From Heterodontus francisci (lineage: Eukaryota), in the NCBI RefSeq assembly GCF_036365525.1, contig NC_090377.1:100247141-100311140 (forward strand): a stretch of DNA of 64,000 bases, written 5' to 3'. The notes below the pieces were generated by a model. It ran no database searches. It saw only the letters and a list, made by a program, of their open reading frames with translations, and had not been told where the DNA came from. Below are positions 24,451 to 34,610 of this stretch, one piece after another (the stretch's first letter is position 1; each line of letters begins with the position of its first letter). A program made the position numbers and the translations under genes.

Positions 24451-24708
24451 TGTTGTGTGATTGCCTTTAAGAGTGATGTCCCTTTAAGATCTTAGTATGC
24501 TAATGAGCCAAGTGCCAGTACTCAGTCATGTGGCCACAAGCTTGCATCACTCTGTAACTGTAACACCAAGAGGCAGCTTCTGTAAATAGTTAGCTCTGTG
24601 CTGTATGTAATAGTTAGCTGTTACTAAACCTGTTTGAGATCTTCAACAACTGAACTCCATGCATATCATTTATGTTGCATCAGACAATATAAAAAGCTTC
24701 TCATTACA
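24451..24708 (+). mobile_element. 3' LTR (~258 bp) of the Gypsy-myc element
   Basis: TGTTGTG...CATTACA directly after the PPT, followed by GGTT. Confidence 0.8.
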
Positions 24709-25424
24709 GGTTTTATCTGGTGGTGTTTCCCAGTGGTGGTGGGACCCTCTGCCTTCCATTAAATTGAAGCGGAGGTGGGAAGAGGCTCTTAAATGGCCAT
24801 TAATTGGCCACTTTAGGGCCTCAATTGGCCTGGGTCGGGAACACTGTCCTTGGCCTTCCCTGCCCTGGAATAAATTGGAAGGCGTCAGGAAGGCGACGTG
24901 CACTCCACTCCCTGACTTGCGACACAATTTTCTGGGGCCCACCCACTTCTGTTCTTGTCTGGAGGGAACCATTAAATTCAGTCCAGTGTCTCCTTACTCT
25001 CTTGTGCTCAGCTGCCCTAGGCACCCACTAACTCCAGGACCTCCTCCTCTGCCGGTATCAGAGGATGCACATCAGGGGCCCCCATCGCCAATCCTTGTTT
25101 TCTTCCTGCTGTTATGGGCCTATTTCTCCTGCAAGCGGAAGGAGAGACACAGTTAGACGTTGCACGAAGAGCAAGTGGACACTAGTGGCAGCCACTCGTC
25201 CCCTGATGGGGTCTCCCAAATGGCTCCTCCTCATGTCCGCTCTCAGGGGATCTATTGGGGTTGAAAGAAGGTGACCTGTCGCTGGCATGCAGCCATGTGT
25301 CTGCCAGGATGTGCTAATGCCTCACTGCCATGCCACCACCTTTGTGGCCACTCCCTCCCCATGTAGCACTCCCTCCCGTGTAGCCACATACAAGTCCCAA
25401 AGAGGAGATAGGTATGGATGACTC

Positions 25425-25630
25425 ATGCTATTACTCTTGCGGCACTGGACCCTGTTCCCGCAGATGACCCCGCAGCTGCTGACCTCCTCTGCAATCTCCA
25501 TCGAGGCTTGCTTCGTCAAGCGAGAGGATCTCTTCTTGCCATCCCTTGGAAAGTGGACTTCCCACCTTTCCCTTCAGCCTGGTGGAGAATCTCGAGGGAA
25601 ACATTGCTAAGCCATGGGGCCACCTGGTGC
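25425..25630 (-). pseudogene. Harbinger-associated Myb/SANT-like DNA-binding protein, first exon (a probable later exon lies at ~21850-22160)
   Basis: VAPWLSNVSLEILHQA..EVHFPRDGKKRSSRLTKQASMEIAEEVSS..NRVQCRK, read across one frameshift. Confidence 0.8.
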
Positions 25631-25719
25631 GTTGCCTCGGGCATGGTCCCATTTGGCTCCCACACCATCTGTTCAGTTCACAGTCCTGGTGCAGGGGTGC
25701 AGGGACGTCCAGCAGCAGT

Positions 25720-26165
25720 AGTGGGGAAGTCCAGGAGTTGCAGCAGTAGAGGGGGGGGTCCCGCCGCAACAACAGCACTAGAGGGGAGTCCAGCAGCAAC
25801 AGCAACAGTACAGAGGCGGCCAGGAGTAACAACAGTGCTAGAGTCAGGTTCGGAGTAACACCACCAGTAGAGCGGGTCCGGGAGTAACAGCAGCAGCAGA
25901 GGGGGGTCCAGGAGTAACAGCAGCAGTAGAGGGGGTATCCAAGAGTAAAATCAGCAGTAGAGGGGTGTCCAAGAGTAAAAGCAGCAGCAGAGGGGGGTCT
26001 AAGAGTAACAGCAGTGGCAGAGGGAAGTCCAAGAGTAACAGCAGCAGCAGAGGGGTTCCAGGAGTAACAGCAGCAGCAGAGGGGGGTCCAGGAGTAACAG
26101 CAGCAGCAGAGGGGGGTCCAGGAGTAACAGCAGCAGCAGAAGGGGGTCGAGGAGGCAAGCAGCAG
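25720..26165. repeat. 30-bp minisatellite, ~14 units
   Basis: Unit CCAGGAGTAACAGCAGCAGCAGAGGGGGGT with variants. Confidence 0.9.
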
Positions 26166-26535
26166 AGAGGTCCAATAGCAGTCCAGAGTCACTGCATCAG
26201 TAAAAGGTAGCAGTACAAACAGGGCTGGCAGTGCTTTAAAGATGGCGCCAATATCTGTGTTTTCATCAGCTGATGCAGCCGTCAATGTCTCATAGCCCAC
26301 TCCCATCCTGCAATAGGATGGGCTCCGGACCTTGGTTATGTTAATTGGCTGACTGCTATGGGATCGCAATTGGTCAGCCGCGACAGGCTGTTAAAATTCA
26401 GCACATTTGTATAAATATAGTCTGAGCACCACCTTACTTCAGAATTCTACTTTATTACCACAAATGCTATTCTCCCCTGTGAATCATGAGATCACCATGT
26501 TATTCTGCAGTAATAATTTTGTAGAAACCTCTCTT

Positions 26536-27265
26536 CAGTCAGGCTAATGGGAAGATTCTTGGTAGTGTAGATGAGCAGAGAGATCTTGGTGTCCAGGTAC
26601 ATAAATCCCTGAAAGTTGCTACCCAGGTTAATAGGGCTGTTAAGAAGGCATATGGTGTGTTAGCTTTTATTAGTAGGGGGATCGAGTTTCGGAGCCACGA
26701 GGTCATGATGCAGCTGTACAAAACTCTGGTGAGGCCGCACCTTGAGTATTGCGTGCAGTTCTGGTCACCGCATTATAGGAAGGATGTGGAAGCTTTGGAA
26801 AGGGTGCAGAGGAGATTTACTAGGATGTTGCCTGGTATGGAGGGAAGGTCTTACGAGGAAAGGCTGAGGGACTTGGGGTTGTTTTCGTTGGAGAGAAGGA
26901 GGAGGAGAGGTGACTTAATAGAGACATACAAGATAATCAGAGGGTTAGATAGGGTGGATAGTGAGAGTCTTTTTCCTCGGATGATGATGGCAAACACGAG
27001 GGGACATAGCTTTAAGTTGAGGGGTGAAAGATATAGGACAGATGTCAGAGGTAGTTTCTTTACGCAGAGAGTAGTAGGGGCGTGGAACGCCCTGCCTGCA
27101 ACAGTAGTAGACTCGCCAACTTTAAGGGCATTTAAGTGGTCATTGGATAGACATATGGATGAAAATGGAATAGTGTAGGTCAGATGGTTTCACAGGTCTG
27201 CGCAACATCGAGGGCCGAAGGGCCTGTACTGCGCTGTAATGTTCTAATTCTAATTCTAATTCTAT
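26536..27265 (+). mobile_element. CR1 (HER1-like) LINE, 5'-truncated, young
   Basis: Uninterrupted ORF2 C-terminus LYKTLVRPHLEYCVQFWSPHYRKD..RGDLIETYKI..FFTQRVV. Tail (TTCTAA)n. Confidence 0.95.
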
Positions 27266-27899
27266 TTTAATCTCTTGATTTAATTGTCAATTGCATGGTT
27301 TGCATTTTATTGAGACTATAATGTATATTATACATGTTTAATAATGGGAGAGCGTATAGATTCTCACTTATTCTGGGGAGATGACAGTCCGTTAAAATTC
27401 ATTAATAATAAATAAATTAGAATGAATTATAATTGCATGAATTTGCCCCTTGTTGTTTATGATGTTAACTTCAAAAGTGAATTACAACTAATTACTCATT
27501 CCTAATCACCCATAGTTCTACCTGTAATAAATACAATGAGTAATCAATAACTTCAAAACACAGTCTGATCAGCTTTTCCTACTCTCCTATCATTAACATG
27601 AATAATTTACACACATTGACATCAAAAAATGCTCTTTACAATGTGACTGAAAACCTTCATGCACAAACTTAAGTTCCATGAGAAGGGCTGAATCCATTCA
27701 GATAAGTGAGCACATTAATTTATAAGACCAAATAAAGTTTTCAATCAAGGAAACAAAACATAATCAAATAGTTAGAATAATTGTTGGGATATGTTTAGTA
27801 ATGCGCATTGTGGGATCATAATTCACTGTTCATACCATCATCAGGACCCATAATTAGAGGGCCCATCTAGTGCATTGTGTAATCTGAAGGAACCCAAGA

Positions 27900-28352
27900 G
27901 AAAGAAAGAGAGACTTGTATTTATACACTGCCTTTCATGGTCACAGGACATCCCAAAGTGCTTTACAGCTAATGAAGTACTTTTGAATTGTAGTCACTTT
28001 TGTAATGTAGGAGATGCAGCAGTCAGTTTTCACACAGTAAACTCCCACAAACAGCAACGTGATCATGACCAGATAATCTGTTCTTTTATGATGTTGATTG
28101 AGGGATAAATATTGGCCAGGATACCTAGGATAACTCATTGATTCTTTAAAATAGCGCCATGGGATCTTCTAGGTCACCTGAGAGATGGCAGACAGGACCT
28201 CAGTTTAACATCTCATCCAAAAGACAGCACCTCTGACAGTGTAGCCCTCCCTCAGTATAGCACTGGAATGTCAGCCTAGATTTATAAATTCCCGAGTACT
28301 TGAACCCATAATCTTCTGACTCAGAGGCAAGAGTGCCATTAACTGAGCCACA
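27900..28352 (-). mobile_element. Deu-domain tRNA SINE (SacSINE1/AmnSINE-related), full length
   Basis: tRNA head GTGGCTCAGTTAATGGCACTC..GGGTTCAAGT, core GAGGTGCTGTCTTTTGGATGAGATGTTAAAC..GATCCCATGGC, and L2-like tail TATAAATACAAGTCTCTCTTTC. Confidence 0.8.
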
Positions 28353-29601
28353 ACTGCAGTGAGTTGCCATCTGATAAAAGCAATGCAATCTTACTGGAGG
28401 ACAGATCTATCATCTAGGGGCAGTTAGACAGGGATGAAGCAACAATGGAAATTTGACATCAGGACAAGCAAGTAGTACAGATACACAGCTTAGCAAATTG
28501 TACTCTTTACTTCAGGAGTCCTGCTCCAGACACTTGGGCACAAAATCTAGGCTGACATTCCAATGCAGTACTGAGGGAGTGCTGCACTGTCAGAGGTGCC
28601 GACTTTTGGATGAAACTTTAAACCAAGTTTGCCCTCTCAGGTGGATGTAAAAGGTCTGATGTCAGTATTGAAGAAGCGCACCTCCAATTTTGTCCCTCAT
28701 TCAACATCACTGGAATAGATTATCTGGTCATTAGCACAATGTTGATGAGCTGAGGGCACAGATAGGCACATGACAGAATGACACCATTGCTATAACAAGG
28801 CTTAAACAGGGGCAAAAATGGCAGCTCAACATCCCTGGATATAGAGTTTTCAGGCAGGATAGAGAGGGGGATAAAAAGAGGGGGTGTAGCATTATTACTT
28901 AAAGAATTTATTACAACTTTGAGGAGGGATGATATGCTAAATGAATCATCAAATAAGGTCATATGGGTTGAGCTCAGAAATAAAAAAAAAGGGGCAGCCA
29001 CACTGCTAGGAGTGTACTAGAGACCACCAAATAGTGAGAGGGAGATAGAAGAACAAATATGTAGGCAAATTTCTGAGTGCAAAAACAATAGGGCAATAAT
29101 AATTGGAGATTTCAATTACCCTAGTATCAACTGGTTACAAACAGTGTGAGGGGCACAGAGGGCACAAAATTCTTGAACTGCATTCAAGAGAACTTTATAA
29201 GCCAGCATGTATCAAGCCTGATGAGTGTGGCTGCAATTCTAGATTTAGTCTTCGGAAATGAAGCTGGGCAAGTGGATGAAGTAGCCGTGGGTGACCATTT
29301 TGGAGATAGTGACCATAGTACTGTTAGATTTAGCATTATTATGGAAAAGGACAAAGATAGAACAGGAGTAAAAGTTCTAAATTGGGGGAAGGCAAATTTT
29401 ACGAAGCTGAGAGGTGATCTGGCGAAAGTGGACTGGATACAGCTACTTGAAGGAAAATCAGTGGGAGGCATTCAAAAGTAAGATTCTACGTGTACAGTGT
29501 AGACATGTCCCCACAAAGAAAAAGGGTGGTACTGCCAAATCTAGAACCCCCTGGTCATCTGGAAGCATACAGGCAGAAAACAAAAGACAGTCGCAAAAAA
29601 C

Positions 29602-30193
29602 TTTTTTTTTATTCATTCATGGGATGTGGGCGATGCTGGCCAGGCCAACATTTATTGCCCATCCCTAATTGCCCTTGAGAAGGTGGTGGTGAGCTGCCTT
29701 CTTGAACCTCTGCACTCCATTTGGGGTAGGTATACCCACAATGCTGTTAGGAAGGAAGTTCCAGGATTTTGACCCAGCGACAGTGAAGGAATGGCGATAT
29801 AGTTCCAAGTCAGGATGGTGTGTGACTTGGAGGGGAACTTGCAGGTGGTGGTGTTCCCATGTATTTGCTGCCCTTGTCCTTCTAGTTGGTAGAGGTCGCG
29901 AGTTTGGAAGGTGCTGTCTAAGGAGTCTTGGTGCATTGCTGCAGTGCATCTTGTAGATACACATTAACATCCCACTCAGAAGAGTGTCTGCAACATTCGC
30001 AGACCTCCAATCCTCTGGTACCTTGCCTGTATCTAGTGAGGATTACACACTGCTGCCACTGTGCGTCAGTGGTGTAGGGAGTGGATGTTTGTAGATGGGG
30101 TGCCAATCAAGTGGGCTGCTTTGTACTGGATGGTGTCGAGCTTCTTGAGTGTTGTTGGAGCTGCACCCATCCAGGCAAGTGGAGAGTATTCCA
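29602..30193 (-). mobile_element. LINE 3' end (14400-16405 family) nested in CR1
   Basis: Poly(A) plus GSKSWNFLPNSIVG..RFKKAAHHHLLKGN. Confidence 0.9.
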
Positions 30194-30579
30194 CTTAATA
30201 CTTTAGAAAGCCTAGAGGAGTATAGATAGTGCAGGGGTGAAGTAAAAAAGGAAATTAGGAAAGCAAAGAGAGGACATGAAAAAATATTGGCGTGGATGCA
30301 TAATGAGTACTTTGTCTCTGACTTCACAAAGAACAGGGATAATGCAGACATTGTGGTTAAAAAGGAAGAGTGTGAAGTATTAGATACTATAAGCATAATG
30401 AGAGAAGAAGTACTGGAGGGACTGACATACTTGAAAGTGGATAAATCACCAGGGCTGGATGGCTGTATCTCAGGCTGCTAAAGGAAGCCAGGGAGAAAAT
30501 AACGGATGCTCTGAGGATCATTTTCAAATCCTCACTAGATACAGGCAAGGTACCAGAGGATTGGAGGTCTGCGAATGTT

Positions 30580-30806
30580 GCAGACACTCTTCTGAATGGG
30601 ATGTTAATGCAGCATCGTCAGCAAAGAGGAGTTCCCTGATGAGGACCTTCCGTACTTTGGTCTTAGCTCTAAGACGGACAAGGTTGAACAACCTGCCATC
30701 TGATCTTGTGTGGAGGAAAATTCCTTCTTCTGAAGACTTGAACGCATGTGAGAGCAGCAGTGCGAAGAAGATCCCAAACATTGTAGGTGCGAGAACACAG
30801 CCCTGT
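30580..30806 (-). mobile_element. RTE internal RT fragment embedded in CR1
   Basis: QGCVLAPTMFGIFF..LLFADDAALTSHSEECLQ, homologous to ~6240-6452. Confidence 0.9.
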
Positions 30807-33594
30807 GTATACAATAGAAAAGCAGGGATGTAATGCCAGAACAGTATAAAACTCTGGTTAGGCCACAGCCAGAGTATTGTGTATAGTTCTGGTCACCACA
30901 TTACAGGAAGGACATAATTGATCTGGAGAGAATGCAGAGAAGATTTTCAAGAATGTTGCCAGGGCTTGAAAATTGCAGCTATGAGGAAAAATTAGATAGG
31001 CTAGGGTCACTTAATTGAGGTGTACAAAATTATGAGGGGCCTAGATAGAATAGACAGGAAGGACCTGTTTCCCCTAGCAGAGCGGCCAATTACCAGGGGG
31101 CACAAATTTAAGGTGATTGGCAGAAGGATTAGAGGGGACATGAGGAAAAACTTTTTCACTCAGAGGGTGGTGGGTGTCTGGAATTCATGCCCAGATCGGT
31201 GGTGGAGGCAGAAACCCTCAACTCATTTAAAAGGTACCTGGATCTGCACCTGATGTCCTGTAACCTGTAAGGCTACGGCCCAGGTCCTGGAAGGTGGGAT
31301 TAGAATGAGCGGTTAGTTTTTTCATCCAGCGCAGACACGATGGGCTGAATGGCGTCTTTCTGTGCCGTAACTTTTTTATGGTTCTATGGTTGTTTGTGGG
31401 ACCTTGCTGTGTTAAAATACATATCGAAAGTACTTCATTGGCTGTAAAGCACTTTGCTACCTCCTGAGGTTGTGAAAAGCACTTTATAAATGCAGTTTCT
31501 TTTCTTTCCAATGATCCGAAGCAGGATGGATCCTCTGGGTCTATCACAGTTCCTCAGAGATAATTTCATAATGAGTTTTGTTTAAGAGGGGTTTGCACCA
31601 CTATTAGTCATCATTTTAGTAGCATCAACATTAATCAAATTAAAATTAAGGTCACTGGCTGCCTGCAGCTATATTGTAATCTGCAGGAAGCTGCTCAACG
31701 TATTGTTTGAACTGTCCTAATTCTGTCAGTCCTTCCTCAATAAAATAATGTTCCACACCCAGGTCATTATAATAAGTAAAACATACAGACATTTACATGT
31801 TTTCACTGCAGTAGTTGCTTGTCATTTATTTCTGTTCTTGGAAAATGTTGGGAAAAGAGTACAGTCTTGGTGAAGATGTAGAATGGAGTGTGAAATTTCC
31901 ACTGATCAAGACTAAACATTTACTGGATTTAAGGGGACTTACCACCAGTTTGAGGGAGAAAGAAAGTTTAGAAGAGATAAATATAATTTTGACTCATGAA
32001 ATATCATGATGGCATTTCATAACAATGTCGTATGTAGGAGAAGAAACATATTTTTCACTATTCTATCGAGCTAACAGTGCTCCTTTTAAGACTAAACAGT
32101 GTTCAGTTCTCATGCTGTGTTCCCAGTTAGAAATGAGCATTGGTTGATACATCATATACAATGGGCAATATCCTTCATTATATTTCATTCTATTTCTTCA
32201 CTCTTGATAAATATAGTCTGCTGGATCCTTGGCATTGGATTTCATAGGATTCAGACAACATTGTAAAGTAAATGAACAAAGATCATGAGCCACTTTTACT
32301 CCCAAGAATAAATGGCCAAGAATGAGGGATTGCCTGGTACGAAGGTCAGACACGAGTGAGATTTCAGTGAAAGAGGTGCTTATGGATAATACACAAAAGA
32401 AAGATCTTGAAGTAGAGATGGGAGGCGGGTGAGGTGCTCAAATAAGAAAACGAGATAGAGGAATAGGGGGAAAATTGAAGTGAGATTTTGATATAAACAT
32501 CACACCATCACCAAGGTTGGGAGACATCGTGCAACATGTGAGGTAGCTTTGTGAGGGAAAAGGTGTTGTATGCGAAGAGCTAAACATCAGTCCAGCTCAG
32601 CTTGTCAGAATATTCATCCAACAGAGAGATCACGGATGAAAATGCATTTTTTATTTTGCAGGGTGATGTGGAAGGGGGGTGGGGGGGGGTGGTGGCAAAG
32701 AATTATTGGGCAGCAAGTTAGTGGAAAGTTGACTGGGAGTGATGAAGAGAGTGAGGGAATGAAAGGTAAGGAATTGGAAAAGGGTGAAGGTAGAAAGAGA
32801 TGGGCAGAGCAGCAAGGATGATCCATCCTTAGGTACACCGAGTGGAGCAGGACTATAATAATGCAGTCACATCAGCTCAACTGGAGTCAAGCTGCAGGCG
32901 AAAGGGACAGTTCAGCCAGGAGAAGCCTGGAGAGTAATATTGGTGTTGAGCATGAGATGTCATCAAACTTTGGACACACTTGCTGAAGAATCATGCCATA
33001 GAATTTTGTCGAGGTGGCCACAGAAATAGGCCTCGCGATGCTGTAGGATTCTAGGGCTTGAATATGACCGTTAGAATGCAGAAAGATCCATATCTAAATA
33101 ACATTTCATCACATATTGCAGTTGAGGAACAGTATCACAATCGCTGCACACAGAGAAGTACATTAAATAAATGAAACATTCAGGACTCATTCCAAGCTCA
33201 ATAAAAACAGAATTTTACATTCAATTAACTAACAACATCTTGCCCCGCTTCTAAACTATATAGTGTAAAGATCATTTGCCACCTGTTAAATGAGGTTTGC
33301 AGACAGCTTCTGCTTCACTTAAGAGTAAGTCCCTGATGTGATGAAGTTTGATCTTTATACAGATATATTGCTCTGTTGCTCTGAATTACTCATTTATATC
33401 AGTTTTATGTTCAGTCACAGTGCAACTCAGTGAAGTGAGGTGAGCATGTACCATTTGTCTCATACTCTGTCACAGTAATCGTCCCTTATGGTTATAGTTG
33501 CTTTGTTTTAAAAAGATGTGAATAAGCTGGTGGGCCACTTTCAGCAGTCATTGCCTTGATTTTATACTGACCAGTGCAGGTATGAATTGGCTTT

Positions 33595-33785
33595 CACAGA
33601 ATCATAGAATTGTTACAGCACAGAAGGAGGCCATTCAGCTCGTCGTGTCTGTGCTGGCTCTCCGAAGGAACAGTTTAACTAGTGCCACTCCCCTGCCTTT
33701 TCCCATAGTTCTGCACTTTCTTCCTTTTCAGATAACAATCCAATTCCCTCTTGAATTCCTTGATTGAACCTGCCTCTACCACTGT
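33595..33785 (-). mobile_element. CR1 3' tail fragment
   Basis: CACAGAATCATAGAATTGTTACAGCACAGAAGGAGGCCATTCAGC. Confidence 0.75.
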
Positions 33786-34010
33786 GCTGCCCTCAAAAGA
33801 ACACCCTGCTGAAAATGGAAATATTTCCTTTGTTTATAGTGCATATCTGACTGTGGTGCTCCAGCAGCACAAATATTTCTCGATGCAGAGTGCCTGCAAT
33901 CCCCCTCATCCCATAGCACTGAAGGCACCACAACACCAGTGACAGATGCTGATAGAGGTGGTGGACACTGCCTGGCACCATTGCTCTTACAGCTGTAGAC
34001 TACCTGAGTG

Positions 34011-34207
34011 AAACATAGAAACATAGAAAATAGGAGCAGGAGTAGGCCATTCGGCCCTTCGAGCCTGCTCTACCATTCATTATGATCATGGCTGATCATT
34101 CAACTCAGTAAGCTGTTCCCACTTTCCCCCCATATCCTTTGATCCCTTTCGCCCCAAGAGCTATATCTAAATCCTTCTTGAAAACATACAATATTTTGGC
34201 CTCAACT
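34011..34207 (-). mobile_element. CR1 3' tail fragment
   Basis: (AAACATAG)n AAAATAGGAGCAGGAGTAGGCCATTCGGCCC. Confidence 0.85.
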
Positions 34208-34469
34208 TTGGCCCATCTTTGTGGGTAGGAAAATGGTCCATGCCCAGAAAATAAGCTAGACTTTGAAACAATGCACTCTTTTTGTGTTGCTGATGGAGTT
34301 TTCAAATCAGAACTGCAAGGCAAACAAGGCAGGCTAAGCACCGAGAGTCAACATGCTTGCATTTCAAATACTTCTCTGTGATCAGGGGGTTTGTTTACAG
34401 ATTACTAAGGTGTCTCACCAGGTTTTACTCTTGTACTATATGCAATGATGATGCCATTTGTGCATAATG

Positions 34470-34610
34470 AGACAACAATCACTGACAAACATTGCCAATC
34501 ACAGACTGAGGTCACCAATCAGAGAAACACGTCATCAATTACAGACACACATCACCAATCACAGACACACGTCATCAATTACAGAGCCACGACACCAATC
34601 ACAGACACAC
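34470..34610. repeat. Detached left edge of the 20-bp satellite
   Basis: CACCAATCACAGACACAC-type units of the same family as 37250-51745. Confidence 0.85.

Larger units (their letters stand above)
22650..24708 (+). mobile_element. Gypsy/Ty3-type LTR element, 5' LTR missing, structure gag-protease-myc-PPT-LTR
   Basis: gag, aspartic protease, Myc bHLH-ZIP, PPT and TG..CA LTR are all on the same strand. GGTT lies on both flanks (22646-22649 and 24709-24712). Confidence 0.85.
22266..24984. mobile_element. Non-autonomous DNA transposon (MITE) split by the Gypsy-myc element
   Basis: Inverted termini AGGCTGAATTT ... AAATTCAGTCC. The two halves rejoin as GCCGCCAGGTTTTATCTGGTGGT when 22650-24708 and one GGTT copy are removed. 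Confidence 0.7.
20150..26405. mobile_element. PIF/Harbinger DNA transposon (transposase on +, Myb/SANT-like gene on -) with nested insertions; left boundary approximate
   Basis: Convergent transposase and Myb/SANT remnants; the right end is TTAAAATTCAGCAC. Confidence 0.75.
28743..31390 (+). mobile_element. CR1 LINE (endonuclease through 3' tail) with internal deletions and nested fragments
   Basis: APE motifs GGVALL, IGDFNYP and GDSDH; KSPGLDG; FWSPHYRKD; FFTQRVV; CR1 tail TTTTTATGGTTCTATGG. Confidence 0.9.
28515..31510 (+). mobile_element. Deu-domain SINE split by a CR1 insertion (SINE parts 28515-28742 and 31391-31510)
   Basis: GATTATCTGGTCATTAGCACAATG | TGTTTGTGGGACCTTGCTGT is colinear with the intact copy at 27900-28352. 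Confidence 0.8.

Noticed and set aside
33840-33998. Possible terminal exon (CISDCGAPAAQIFLDAEC...)
   Set aside because: No recognisable homology or partner exon, and it lies between CR1 fragments.
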